Made by a program: the position numbers and the translations under genes | Shown: positions 20,634-30,303 of the stretch, piece after piece | Numbering within the stretch: position 1 is the stretch's first letter | How the letters are laid out: each line of letters begins with the position of its first letter | Assembly: GCA_016778675.1 (NCBI GenBank) | Contig: JADHPA010000001.1 | Span: forward strand, 1 to 59,621 | DNA length: 59,621 nucleotides | Source: Candidatus Pelagibacter sp. | Lineage (GTDB): Bacteria > Pseudomonadota > Alphaproteobacteria > Pelagibacterales > Pelagibacteraceae | Direction of reading: 5' to 3' | Notes under the pieces: generated by a model | What the model was told of the DNA's origin: nothing | Databases searched by the model: none | Seen by the model: only the letters and a program-made list of their open reading frames with translations

Positions 20634-21281
20634 CTACCTCTTAGCTAATAGTGTTTCACCTGCGATTGTCTTTTGTCCAACTTTAACTAAAGACTGATAA
20701 TTTTCAAAATAGACATCAGCTCTACTTCCAAATCTGATCATTCCTATTCTATCACCTTGTTGTAGTTGTTGATCTTTAGATGACTCACATACAATTCTTC
20801 TTGCAATCAAGCCAGCAATCTGCACGACAATTACTTCTTCTCCATGAGAGTTTGTAATTTTATAATAATTTCTTTCATTATCTTCACTTGCTTTATCAAG
20901 TGATGCATTTAAAAATTTTCCTGGTTTATAAAGTATTTCTGAAATTTTACCATCACATGGTGTTCTATTAACGTGGCAATCAAATACGTTCATAAAAATA
21001 CTAATCTTTGTAAATTTTTTATCTTCCAAACCTAATTCTTTTGGTCCATCGACCTCATGAACCATTAAAACCTCTCCGTCTGCTGGGCTTGTTAAGTAAT
21101 TTTCATCATTGATTGAAATTCTCTCAGGATCTCTAAAAAAATAGTAAACCCATATAGATAGTACCAATCCAATTAATCCTAAAAAAGTACTAAACAAATA
21201 CAAAAAAAAAGTTGCGATTATGGCTATTGCCAAAAACTTGTACCCTTCAGAATGAATTTTTGGAAAAACCTTGTCTAACAT
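20634..21281 (-). CDS. psd: Phosphatidylserine decarboxylase proenzyme
   Basis: YFFRDPER, SPADG, FMNVFDCHVNR, QIAGLIARRI and autocleavage RFGS. Confidence 0.96.
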   Translation of the reverse strand: MLDKVFPKIHSEGYKFLAIAIIATFFLYLFSTFLGLIGLVLSIWVYYFFRDPERISINDENYLTSPADGEVLMVHEVDGPKELGLEDKKFTKISIFMNVFDCHVNRTPCDGKISEILYKPGKFLNASLDKASEDNERNYYKITNSHGEEVIVVQIAGLIARRIVCESSKDQQLQQGDRIGMIRFGSRADVYFENYQSLVKVGQKTIAGETLLAKR

Positions 21282-21358
21282 AAGCTTCTATTTGATAATA
21301 TTTTATTAATATGTATATAAAGCACTAAATTACAATTACTAATATTTATTATTTAATT

Positions 21359-22573
21359 ATGGCTAAAATAAAGGTTAAAAATCCAGTTGTTGAACTAGAT
21401 GGTGACGAAATGACGAGAGTCATTTGGGAGTTCATTAAAAAGAAACTAATTTTACCCTATTTAGATTTGGATATTAAGCACTACGACTTAGGGATGAAAA
21501 GTCGAGACAATACAAATGATCAAATAACTATAGATTCAGCTAATGCAATTAAAGAGCACAATGTTGGTATAAAATGTGCAACAATTACTCCAGATGAGGC
21601 CCGTGTAGAAGAGTTTAAACTTAAAAAAATGTGGAGATCACCTAATGGAACTATAAGAAATATACTAGGTGGAACAGTTTTTAGAGAACCAATAATTTGT
21701 CAAAATATTCCAAAACTTGTGCCAACATGGACTGATCCTTTAATTATTGGAAGACATGCTTTTGGAGATCAATATAGAGCAACTGATTTTAAGGTGCCTG
21801 GTAAAGGTAAAATGGAAATCAAATGGACATCAGAAGATGGAAAGGATGAAATAAAACATGAAGTATTTAACTTTCCAGGACCAGGGGTAGCTTTATCAAT
21901 GTACAATTTGGATAAATCTATTGAGGACTTTGCCAGATCTTGTTTTAATTATGGAATAATAAAAAAATGGCCTGTCTATTTGTCAACAAAAAATACTATT
22001 TTAAAAATTTACGACGGAAGATTTAAAGACATTTTCCAAGATATTTTTGATAAAGAATTTAAGACAGAATTTGAAAAACTAAATATTACTTATGAACACA
22101 GATTAATTGATGACATGGTAGCATGTGCAATGAAATGGAGTGGTAAATATATTTGGGCTTGTAAAAACTACGATGGTGATGTTCAGTCAGATACTGTAGC
22201 TCAAGGATATGGGTCGTTAGGATTAATGACCAGTGTGCTTCTTGCACCTGATGGAAAAACTATGGAGGCTGAAGCAGCTCATGGTACTGTAACAAGACAT
22301 TATAGAATGCATCAACAGGGTAAAGAAACTTCTACTAATCCTATAGCTTCAATTTTTGCTTGGACTAGAGGTTTAGCGCATAGAGGAAAATTAGATGGCA
22401 ATGAAGAATTAATTAAATTTTCAACTACCTTGGAAAAAGTTTGTATAGACTGTGTTGAAAATGGATCGATGACTAAAGACTTGGCGATCTTAATTAGTCC
22501 AACTAGTAATTATTTAACTACTAACCAGTTTTTAGATGAATTAGATGGACAACTTAAAAAGAAGCTTAATTAA
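21359..22573 (+). CDS. icd: NADP-dependent isocitrate dehydrogenase (type II)
   Basis: [35 protein letters not shown] and [10 protein letters not shown]. Confidence 0.97.
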   Translation: MAKIKVKNPVVELDGDEMTRVIWEFIKKKLILPYLDLDIKHYDLGMKSRDNTNDQITIDSANAIKEHNVGIKCATITPDEARVEEFKLKKMWRSPNGTIRNILGGTVFREPIICQNIPKLVPTWTDPLIIGRHAFGDQYRATDFKVPGKGKMEIKWTSEDGKDEIKHEVFNFPGPGVALSMYNLDKSIEDFARSCFNYGIIKKWPVYLSTKNTILKIYDGRFKDIFQDIFDKEFKTEFEKLNITYEHRLIDDMVACAMKWSGKYIWACKNYDGDVQSDTVAQGYGSLGLMTSVLLAPDGKTMEAEAAHGTVTRHYRMHQQGKETSTNPIASIFAWTRGLAHRGKLDGNEELIKFSTTLEKVCIDCVENGSMTKDLAILISPTSNYLTTNQFLDELDGQLKKKLN

Positions 22574-25235
22574 TTAAATTTTTAATATTTTCAAAAGACT
22601 CTTCAATTTTATTCGGTAATGTTCCACCTGCTTGAGCAAAATCTGCTCTGCCACCACCACCTTTTCCACCAATAATCTCTGAACCAGCACGCACAATTTC
22701 TACTGCATTAAATTTGTTCTCTAAAGTTTTTGTAACACCAACTGCTAATCCAACTTTGTTATTATTTACAGCATAAATTACAATCAGCCCTTCACCAATT
22801 TCTTTTTTTCCTTGATCAATTAATTTACGCAAATCTTTGAAGGGTAGATCTTGAATATTTTGAAATCTAACATTAATTTTATTTACAACTAAATTGGTTA
22901 TCTTATTTTTTGACTTATCTTGTAATATAGATTCGACTTTAAGTTGCTCTAATTGTCTATTTAAGTCTTTAATTAGTGATAACGTATCCTCGTTTTCAAT
23001 ATTTGGTTTACCACCTAGCTCGATAATTTTTTTTGATAAATCTTTTATAATCTCATTGTTTTTTTGATTAGTTTCTGTTGATAATTTTTCTTTATTTTTA
23101 AGGTATTCATCAAGCTGCTTGTCCCTTAATGCCTCAATTCTTCTTATGCCTGATGCCACTGCGGATTGACTAATAATTTTAAACCTTCCAATATCGGAGG
23201 TATTTTTAACATGGGTACCTCCACATAACTCAGTTGAAAAATACTTTTCCCCCTCATCTCCCATTGATAAAACTCTGACCTCATCACCATATTTTTCTCC
23301 AAACAAAGCGAGGGCACCATTAGCAACCGCCTCTTTTGGGGTCATTATTCTTGTTTTAACATTAGACTTTTTTTCTATAACAGCATTAACATTATGCTCA
23401 ATTTTTTCTATTTCTTCTTTTGAGATAGGTTTCATGTGGCTAAAATCAAACCTTAATCGATCAGATTGAACTAGTGATCCTTTTTGTGTGACATGATCAC
23501 CTAATACTCTTCTCAATGACTCATGCAGTAAATGAGTTGCTGAATGATAAGCTCTAGTATCATTCCTTCTATTAGTGTCTATTTTCATTTCAACATCTTG
23601 GTCAAGTTTAATTGATCCACTCAAAACTTTTCCATAGTGAACGAATAGATCTCCTATTTTTTTTTGAACATCTGTTACTTCAAATTTGAAATCATCCTTA
23701 ATAATCACTCCCGTATCAGCTACTTGACCTCCTGACTCAGCATAGAATGGTGTTTGATTTACAACTATAATGCCTTCATCACCTTTATTTAGCACCGATA
23801 CTTCTTTATGATTTTTTAGTATACATTTGATTATACCTTGAGCTTGGTCATATTCGTAACCAAGAAATTCTGTTGTCCCAATTTTTTCTTTAATACCATA
23901 CCAAATTTTTTCAACAGTACTATCGCCTGAGCCCTTCCAATTTTTTCTTGCAAGTTCTATGCTCTCTCGCATTAATTCATCAAATCTTTTTTTATCAAAT
24001 TTTAAAGATTTATATTTTAAAATATCTTCTGTTAAATCAATTGGAAATCCATAAGTCTCATACAGCTTAAATGCTACATCTCCTGGCAAAATATTATCAA
24101 TCTTAGATATTTCTTCATTTAGAATTTTAATTCCTTTATCCAATAAAACTAAAAATTTTTCTTCTTCTGTTTTTAGAGTTTCTTTAATTAATGATTGTGC
24201 TCTTTCAAGTTCTGGATAATTATTAGACATCTCCTCTAATAGTGTTTTAAAAATATCATAAAAGATTGGTTTCTTAGACCCCAACAAATGTGAGTGCCTC
24301 ATGCCACGTCTCATTATTCTTCTTAAGACATAACCTCTTCCTTCATTAGAAGGCAAAACTCCCTCTGCTAATAAAAATGAACTTGCACGTAAATGATCAG
24401 CTATTACTCTAAAGCTTGATTGATTGTCATCAGTTACCTTAACTTTTAAAGTATCAGATGCTGATTGTATTAATTTTTTAAAATGATCTGTTTCATAATT
24501 ATCATGAGTTCCCTGTAAAAGTGCAGCTATTCTCTCAAGGCCCATTCCAGTATCTACAGATGGCTTTGGTAATTCAATTCTTTTATCTTTTGAAATTTGC
24601 TCATATTGCATAAATACTAAATTCCATATTTCTATAAAACGATTACCATCTTCATTTTTGCTTCCTGGTAATCCACCCACGAGATGGTCTCCATGATCAT
24701 AAAATATTTCAGAACATGGGCCACAGGGACCTAAATCACCCATTGACCAAAAATTATCTGTAGTAGAAATTCTAATTATTCTATCATCACTAAAGCCTGC
24801 TATTTTCTTCCAAAAATTGAATGCTTCATCATCACTATGATAAACAGTTACATAGAGACGATCTTTATCAATTCCAAATTCTTTAGTGATTAAATTCCAG
24901 GCATAACTAATGGCTTCTTCTTTAAAGTAATCTCCAAATGAGAAATTGCCCAGCATCTCAAAGAAAGTATGGTGTCTTGGTGTGTAACCTACATTTTCAA
25001 GATCGTTATGTTTTCCACCAGCTCTTACACATTTTTGTGAAGTGGTTGCTCTTACATAATCTCTTTTTTCCAGTCCAGTAAATACATTCTTAAATTGAAC
25101 CATACCTGAGTTTGCAAACATTAAGGTTGGATCGTTATTTGGAACTAAATTGCTAGAATCTACTATCTCATGATCATTTTTTTGAAAATAATCTAAGAAA
25201 GTTGTTCTAATTTGATTTAGTGTTTTGTCGGCCAT
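22566..25235 (-). CDS. alaS: Alanine--tRNA ligase
   Basis: [34 protein letters not shown], editing motifs HSATHLLH and ELCGGTH, and GGKGGGR. Confidence 0.98.
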   Translation of the reverse strand: MADKTLNQIRTTFLDYFQKNDHEIVDSSNLVPNNDPTLMFANSGMVQFKNVFTGLEKRDYVRATTSQKCVRAGGKHNDLENVGYTPRHHTFFEMLGNFSFGDYFKEEAISYAWNLITKEFGIDKDRLYVTVYHSDDEAFNFWKKIAGFSDDRIIRISTTDNFWSMGDLGPCGPCSEIFYDHGDHLVGGLPGSKNEDGNRFIEIWNLVFMQYEQISKDKRIELPKPSVDTGMGLERIAALLQGTHDNYETDHFKKLIQSASDTLKVKVTDDNQSSFRVIADHLRASSFLLAEGVLPSNEGRGYVLRRIMRRGMRHSHLLGSKKPIFYDIFKTLLEEMSNNYPELERAQSLIKETLKTEEEKFLVLLDKGIKILNEEISKIDNILPGDVAFKLYETYGFPIDLTEDILKYKSLKFDKKRFDELMRESIELARKNWKGSGDSTVEKIWYGIKEKIGTTEFLGYEYDQAQGIIKCILKNHKEVSVLNKGDEGIIVVNQTPFYAESGGQVADTGVIIKDDFKFEVTDVQKKIGDLFVHYGKVLSGSIKLDQDVEMKIDTNRRNDTRAYHSATHLLHESLRRVLGDHVTQKGSLVQSDRLRFDFSHMKPISKEEIEKIEHNVNAVIEKKSNVKTRIMTPKEAVANGALALFGEKYGDEVRVLSMGDEGEKYFSTELCGGTHVKNTSDIGRFKIISQSAVASGIRRIEALRDKQLDEYLKNKEKLSTETNQKNNEIIKDLSKKIIELGGKPNIENEDTLSLIKDLNRQLEQLKVESILQDKSKNKITNLVVNKINVRFQNIQDLPFKDLRKLIDQGKKEIGEGLIVIYAVNNNKVGLAVGVTKTLENKFNAVEIVRAGSEIIGGKGGGGRADFAQAGGTLPNKIEESFENIKNLIN

Positions 25236-25282
25236 ACTTATAAAATACAGCTTTTTTATTTGATGTCTAGATATGAGTAGGG

Positions 25283-25311
25283 AAAAAAGGCGCTTAATTT
25301 AAGCGCCTTTT
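25283..25311. terminator. Rho-independent terminator downstream of recA (bidirectional form)
   Basis: AAAAAAGGCGCTTAA-T-TTAAGCGCCTTTT; a U-tract follows the stem on the minus strand. Confidence 0.85.
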
Positions 25312-25332
25312 AATAATTAAAGATGACTTTAA

Positions 25333-26484
25333 CTAATTCTTTTTAGATGGTGGAGTTACTTCTTCTTTTGTCTCAGTAACTGGGTCTTCTATTTGATCCT
25401 TTGCAGCTTTTTCAGGATCTAATGGATTACCTTCAATTTTTTTTGCTATTACACCAGCTTTTTCTCTAATTGCCATTTCAATTTCTGCTGCAACTTGAGG
25501 ATTTTGCTCTAAGTAAATTTTAGCATTTTCTCTTCCTTGGCCAATTTTTTCACCTTTATAAGCATACCAAGCACCTGATTTTTCAACAATCTCAGCTTTT
25601 GCTCCAAGGTCAATCAACTCACCAACTTTGCTAATTCCTTTTCCATACATTAGATCAAATTCAACAACTTTAAATGGTGGTGCTACTTTATTTTTCACCA
25701 CTTTAACTCTTGTTGAATTTCCAATTATTTCATCTCCATTTTTAATTGCACCTATTCTTCTAATATCCATTCTTACTGATGAATAAAATTTAAGTGCATT
25801 ACCACCAGATGTTGTCTCTGGACTACCAAACATAACTCCAATTTTCATTCTTATTTGATTTATAAAAATCATCATTGTGTTTGTATTTGAAATTGAGCTA
25901 GTCAATTTTCTTAAAGCCTGACTCATTAATCGTGATTGAAGACCTACGTGATGATCTCCCATCTCGCCTTCAATTTCAGCCCTAGGTGTTAATGCAGCCA
26001 CTGAGTCAATTACGATAACAGAAATTGATCCAGATTTAACTAAAGTATCAGCTATTTCTAAAGCTTGCTCACCAGCATCTGGTTGAGAAATTAATAATTC
26101 ATCAGTATTTACACCAAGGTTTTTTGCATATACTGGGTCTAATGCATGTTCAGCATCAACAAAAGCACATATACCACCTGCTTTTTGAGCTTCAGCAACC
26201 ACCTGTAATGCTAATGTTGTTTTACCAGAAGACTCTGGTCCATAAATTTCTACAATTCTTCCTTTAGGCAAGCCACCAATACCAAGAGCCACATCTAAAC
26301 TCAACGATCCAGTTGATACAGATTCTATGTCCATTGCTCTTCTTTGACCTAGCTTCATTACTGAACCTTTTCCAAAGTTATCAATAATCTGGCTCATTGC
26401 TGCGTCTAAAGCTTTATTTTTATCGTTTGCGTCTGTTGCTTGTTGTTTTGTAGATTTAACTACTTTTAGGTTATTTTTAGTCAT
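25333..26484 (-). CDS. recA: Recombinase A
   Basis: [32 protein letters not shown] and KNKVAPPF. Confidence 0.99.
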   Translation of the reverse strand: MTKNNLKVVKSTKQQATDANDKNKALDAAMSQIIDNFGKGSVMKLGQRRAMDIESVSTGSLSLDVALGIGGLPKGRIVEIYGPESSGKTTLALQVVAEAQKAGGICAFVDAEHALDPVYAKNLGVNTDELLISQPDAGEQALEIADTLVKSGSISVIVIDSVAALTPRAEIEGEMGDHHVGLQSRLMSQALRKLTSSISNTNTMMIFINQIRMKIGVMFGSPETTSGGNALKFYSSVRMDIRRIGAIKNGDEIIGNSTRVKVVKNKVAPPFKVVEFDLMYGKGISKVGELIDLGAKAEIVEKSGAWYAYKGEKIGQGRENAKIYLEQNPQVAAEIEMAIREKAGVIAKKIEGNPLDPEKAAKDQIEDPVTETKEEVTPPSKKN

Positions 26485-26530
26485 TTTATGCCTTTTTTTA
26501 TTAAATAATTAGTATTCGAATCGTGTTTTA

Positions 26531-26558
26531 AATGTACACATTTTGTTCTTATTTTCAA
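26531..26558 (-). promoter_or_regulatory. recA promoter (TTGAAA-N16-TACATT) containing an alpha-type LexA box GAAC-N7-GTAC (26548-26534)
   Basis: Minus strand TTGAAAataaGAACaaaatgtGTACATT matches the alphaproteobacterial SOS box GAAC-N7-GAAC/GTAC. Confidence 0.8.
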
Positions 26559-26588
26559 TAGTTATTTTTTTTGTGAAAAAACAGCTAA

Positions 26589-27887
26589 TTACTGGAGTTT
26601 TAGATACTTGCTATTTAAGTAGCCTACTGACTGTAACAATTTAAATTGAGACAGTAGATAATTTCTTTCTGAATCTGCCAAGCTTATTTTGGCATTTAAT
26701 AAAATTGAATTGGATTGGATCACATCCAAAGTTGATCTTCCAAGTCCTGACTCATATTCAACTGTTATTCCTTCGTTTGCAATCTCAGCTGCTTTAACTT
26801 GAGATGTAACAGAATTTAATAAGCTTTTAGAAACTTGAAAATTTGACCATGCACTTGCAACATTTGTATCATTAGATTTTAGAGCATTATCTAATAATAA
26901 TTTTTTCCTATTTTTAAGATTTTTACTTTTATTTAATGAAGCATAATTTTTTCCTCCATTAAAAATTGGCCATGAAATAGTTGCTTTTAAAATTTCTTTA
27001 TCACGTTCACCTATCGTTGAACTTACATCGTCTGATTTTGAACTATTAAAAGATAAGGATGCAGAGGGTGATAGATCTGATCTGGCTATAATCATATCTT
27101 TTTCTGATTGTTCATATTCTAATCTTGAAATAATTAAATTTGGGTTATCTTTTTTAGAAATTTCAATTGCTTCATTTAAGCTTACTGGCAATGCAAAATT
27201 TAAATCAGATTCTTTATCTAAAGAATTTATATCAGCGATTGGTCCTATTATTTTTTCGTAGTTTAATTTGGCAGTTACTGTTTCATTTTGAGCCTGTAAA
27301 AATTTAGCTTGCGCTCCTGCAAGTGATGACTCAGATTGAGAAAGATCAGATAAAGTAATTTGTCCTCTTTCTAATCTAGCCTGGTCGGTTTCAACTTGTC
27401 TCTCTAATAAATTAACATTATCTTGATTAATCTTTAATTTTTCTTCAGCAAATATAAGTTCTGTATAAGCTTCTATGGCTTGATATAAAATTTCTTGCTC
27501 TGTTTTTAATAGTTTTGCTTGAGCCAAAGTTAATCCAATTTTACTTTTTTCTAAACTTGCTGTACCTGCAAATCCTTGAAATAGTTTTTGCTCAATATCT
27601 ATAGATTGTGTTTTAGGATCAACGTCTGTAAACGCCGAGTTTGCTCCTGAACTATCAGTTTGCTTTTCAGTATTTTCTTGGCTTTTTGAGCCTGACAAAG
27701 TAACGCTTGGCAAAAATTGACTTTTTGATATTTTTACTTCTTCTAAAGAAACTTGAATGTTTTCACGCTCTGCATTCAGTACTGGATTTTCATTGTAGGC
27801 TTGTAACAAAGCTTCTGATAATGGCGCAGAAAAAACATTTCCACTAAAGAAAATAAATAATACAAATATTAAAAAGTTTTTTTTCAT
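26589..27887 (-). CDS. tolC: TolC family outer-membrane efflux protein
   Basis: Signal peptide, LSEALLQAYNENP, QFLPSVTL, SWPIFNGG and EYESGLGRSTLDV. Confidence 0.92.
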   Translation of the reverse strand: MKKNFLIFVLFIFFSGNVFSAPLSEALLQAYNENPVLNAERENIQVSLEEVKISKSQFLPSVTLSGSKSQENTEKQTDSSGANSAFTDVDPKTQSIDIEQKLFQGFAGTASLEKSKIGLTLAQAKLLKTEQEILYQAIEAYTELIFAEEKLKINQDNVNLLERQVETDQARLERGQITLSDLSQSESSLAGAQAKFLQAQNETVTAKLNYEKIIGPIADINSLDKESDLNFALPVSLNEAIEISKKDNPNLIISRLEYEQSEKDMIIARSDLSPSASLSFNSSKSDDVSSTIGERDKEILKATISWPIFNGGKNYASLNKSKNLKNRKKLLLDNALKSNDTNVASAWSNFQVSKSLLNSVTSQVKAAEIANEGITVEYESGLGRSTLDVIQSNSILLNAKISLADSERNYLLSQFKLLQSVGYLNSKYLKLQ

Positions 27888-28810
27888 TATTTTTTAAATT
27901 TTATTTTTTGTATTTGATGTTTATTATTTAAATACATAATAACTGAAGAGTTTTTTACAGCATCTTTAAACATTTGTTGAGTAATTCTTTGATAAGTTTG
28001 CATAAAATTTATAACATCACCACTGCTCATAATCTTTAAGTTTTTCTTATTTTTTGTTTGCAACCAAAGCTTTCTCTCTTGCTTTAGCCTCCACTCTCTT
28101 AATAAACTAAAGTCTTTAGCTTTTAAATATAGTAATCCATCTAATTGCCCAAATAATGCTTTGTATTTATTTTTTAACTGATCATTAACATACTTTCTCC
28201 ATTTAGTTTGCTGATCATAGAGTTTTTCAACTGAGTTTATTGGTTTTTTAAGCTGGTTATTTGATTGCGCTCTAGCCCCTACACACCAGCCTTCAAAGAT
28301 TACAACATCAGGCTTTTTTTTTATTCTATGCCATAAAGTTTTTGGATAACGATCATCTATCGCTTTATTGAATGCTGGCACTTGTAATCTTTTAAAATTT
28401 TTAGCTTTAATTTTTTTAAAAAAATTTAGCATTAAATCAACATCATGTGTTCCTGGCACGCCTCTTGTCATTAATAAAGAATGTTTTGTTTTAGATAATA
28501 ATTTTCTATCTTTTCTTGTTTTATAAAAATCATCAATTGAAATTTTAAAAACATTTAGTTTAAAATATTTTTGTAAAATTAATGTTAAAAGTGATGAGAT
28601 GGTTGTTTTTCCTGATCCTTGACCTCCTGCTAAACCAATTATCAATGGATTTTTTTTTGTTTTTTTTGAAATCCAATAACTGATTGGGATTAGAAAAGAT
28701 TTTATCATCTTGTCTTTATTTTTAAATTTATCTTTTTTTGTTTCTTGTGAAGAAATAAATTTAAAACAATCTTTTTTAACCTTGCTATAACATTCACCAA
28801 CAGACCACAT
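27887..28810 (-). CDS. P-loop kinase, plant/cyanobacterial D-glycerate 3-kinase (GLYK)-like
   Basis: GLAGGQGSGKTT, SIDDFY, RGVPGTHD, P.F.KA.DDR, FEGWCVG and WRLKQE. Confidence 0.75.
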   Translation of the reverse strand: MWSVGECYSKVKKDCFKFISSQETKKDKFKNKDKMIKSFLIPISYWISKKTKKNPLIIGLAGGQGSGKTTISSLLTLILQKYFKLNVFKISIDDFYKTRKDRKLLSKTKHSLLMTRGVPGTHDVDLMLNFFKKIKAKNFKRLQVPAFNKAIDDRYPKTLWHRIKKKPDVVIFEGWCVGARAQSNNQLKKPINSVEKLYDQQTKWRKYVNDQLKNKYKALFGQLDGLLYLKAKDFSLLREWRLKQERKLWLQTKNKKNLKIMSSGDVINFMQTYQRITQQMFKDAVKNSSVIMYLNNKHQIQKIKFKK

Positions 28811-28815
28811 AAAGA

Positions 28816-29178
28816 TTATTTTTTATCTAAAGGATGATTTTGACCATCATTGACGGGAACATCTTTCATATCAAAAGTATTTATTTCATCTATACATCCT
28901 ACATTAAATCCTGTCATTGCAGGATTTGCTCTTGGATTATGATTAGTATAAATTCCACAAACTGAACAAAAGTAATGTTTAGCTATTTTTGAATGGAATT
29001 GATAAAGAGTTAATTTGTCTTCACCTTTGGTAACTTTAAAATCTTCATTTTTTACCATCGACATAATTGCTCCTTTTCTTTTACAAATTGAACAATTGCA
29101 TTTTATTACTTTAGCTAAATCTCCTTCTAAATTAATTTCTGCTTCTACAGTGCCACAATGACAAGTTAGTTTTTTCAT
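28816..29178 (-). CDS. GFA / CENP-V family zinc protein
   Basis: CHCG, CNCSIC and HYFCSVCG. Confidence 0.9.
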   Translation of the reverse strand: MKKLTCHCGTVEAEINLEGDLAKVIKCNCSICKRKGAIMSMVKNEDFKVTKGEDKLTLYQFHSKIAKHYFCSVCGIYTNHNPRANPAMTGFNVGCIDEINTFDMKDVPVNDGQNHPLDKK

Positions 29179-29194
29179 TATTTTTTCTCCATTT

Positions 29195-29743
29195 CTATAA
29201 ATCTACTTTATACATTACTTCATTTCTTTTAAGTATTGGTAAAGTAAATGGTGAGTTATATGACGCTCTTATTGGTGGACTTAGAACCAATAAGTTGTCT
29301 TGCTTAAGCGCTTTTTCTAAAATATCTTTATTTTTTAAAAAATTTTTATCTGAAGATCTCCCTGAATATTCAATCACAGCATAATATCCACCCTCAATAG
29401 TTAAAATTTTTACTTCTGAGTCGACTGGTTTTGGTGCATTATCTTTATTAAATTTTGATGGCAAATAAAATTGCATCGTCATATTTTCATTTTTAATTTC
29501 TTGAGTAACTGGAACTGTCATTTTTATTTCTTCATTTTCTTTATTATTTCCTGAAATATAATTAAACAATTTTCTAAAACCATTACCTTGAACAGAATTT
29601 GTTTCAATGACCAAACGATTAGGGTATTTTCTTATTTCATAAATTTTATTCTCTTTTACTACCTCGTAGTTTGTTTCTTCGTATGCCATCAATTGAGAAC
29701 TTAAAGTTAATATAAAGGTTAAAACTAATAAAATTTTTTTCAT
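29195..29743 (-). CDS. SOUL heme-binding family protein with signal peptide
   Basis: YEIRKY, GFRKLFNYISGNN, IKMTVPV, MQFYLP and YNSPFTLP..RNEV. Start moved from 29785 to ATG 29743 (MKKILLVL...). Confidence 0.85.
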   Translation of the reverse strand: MKKILLVLTFILTLSSQLMAYEETNYEVVKENKIYEIRKYPNRLVIETNSVQGNGFRKLFNYISGNNKENEEIKMTVPVTQEIKNENMTMQFYLPSKFNKDNAPKPVDSEVKILTIEGGYYAVIEYSGRSSDKNFLKNKDILEKALKQDNLLVLSPPIRASYNSPFTLPILKRNEVMYKVDL

Positions 29744-29775
29744 TTTCGAATTTTTTAAACTATCTCTGGTTGAAG

Positions 29776-29784
29776 TTATCCACA
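29776..29784 (+). promoter_or_regulatory. Perfect DnaA box TTATCCACA (single copy)
   Basis: Exact consensus match in the SOUL/umuD intergenic region; function not shown. Confidence 0.4.
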
Positions 29785-29809
29785 AGCATACAAAATGTGG
29801 TTTTGGATG

Positions 29810-29839
29810 TTCACCTTTTGATTCACTTTTGATTCACTT
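29810..29839 (+). repeat. Imperfect 11-12 bp tandem repeat, about three copies
   Basis: TTCACCTTTTGA-TTCACTTTTGA-TTCACTT. Confidence 0.6.
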
Positions 29840-29860
29840 CCAGACTCAAAATACAACCTA

Positions 29861-29907
29861 TTGCGTGCATTGTATAACTAGTCTATAAATAAGAACAAAA
29901 TAAGAAC
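29861..29907 (+). promoter_or_regulatory. umuDC promoter (TTGCGT-N17-TATAAA) and LexA box GAAC-N7-GAAC (29893-29907)
   Basis: GAACAAAATAAGAAC immediately precedes the umuD ATG and is an exact alphaproteobacterial SOS consensus. Confidence 0.85.
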
Positions 29908-30303
29908 ATGAAACTAACTATCCCTTATTACTTACATAAAGCAGGTGCTGGGTTTCCCTCTCCTGCAACAGATTATATCGAAGAAGATATTGATCTGAAC
30001 ATACATTTAATAAAAAATGTTCCAGCAACTTTCATCATTCGTGTTCAGGGTAAATCAATGATCGATGTTGGAATTAATGATGGAGATTTATTGGTGGTTG
30101 ATAAAAGTTTAAAACCAAAAAACTTTTCAACAGTGATTGCAAACGTTCATGATGAGCTTGTGGTTAAAAGCTTGGTTCAAGAAAGAGATAAAAAGTTTTT
30201 AACGTCAGGGTCTAAAGATTTTACTGATAAAATTTTAATTAATGAAGAAGAAGATATCTTTATTTGGGGGGTTGTAACTTATGTCATCCATTCTACATAC
30301 TAA
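29908..30303 (+). CDS. umuD: DNA polymerase V subunit UmuD (S24 peptidase)
   Basis: Cleavage site AGFPSPA, catalytic Ser in VQGKSM, GDLLVVD, catalytic Lys in LVVK, and IWGVV. Confidence 0.93.
   Translation: MKLTIPYYLHKAGAGFPSPATDYIEEDIDLNIHLIKNVPATFIIRVQGKSMIDVGINDGDLLVVDKSLKPKNFSTVIANVHDELVVKSLVQERDKKFLTSGSKDFTDKILINEEEDIFIWGVVTYVIHSTY

Noticed and set aside
7318-23326. ORFs 7318-7716, 11086-11292, 13771-13965, 14415-14756, 18069-18311, 20419-20697 and 23144-23326
   Set aside because: They overlap well-supported genes in antisense or alternate frames, as expected from codon bias.
29810-29839. Mini CRISPR or iteron array
   Set aside because: Units are 11-12 bp and contiguous, without spacers; no cas or rep genes are present.
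29744-29907. Replication origin
   Set aside because: Only one perfect DnaA box, with no box cluster and none of the usual oriC-flanking genes.
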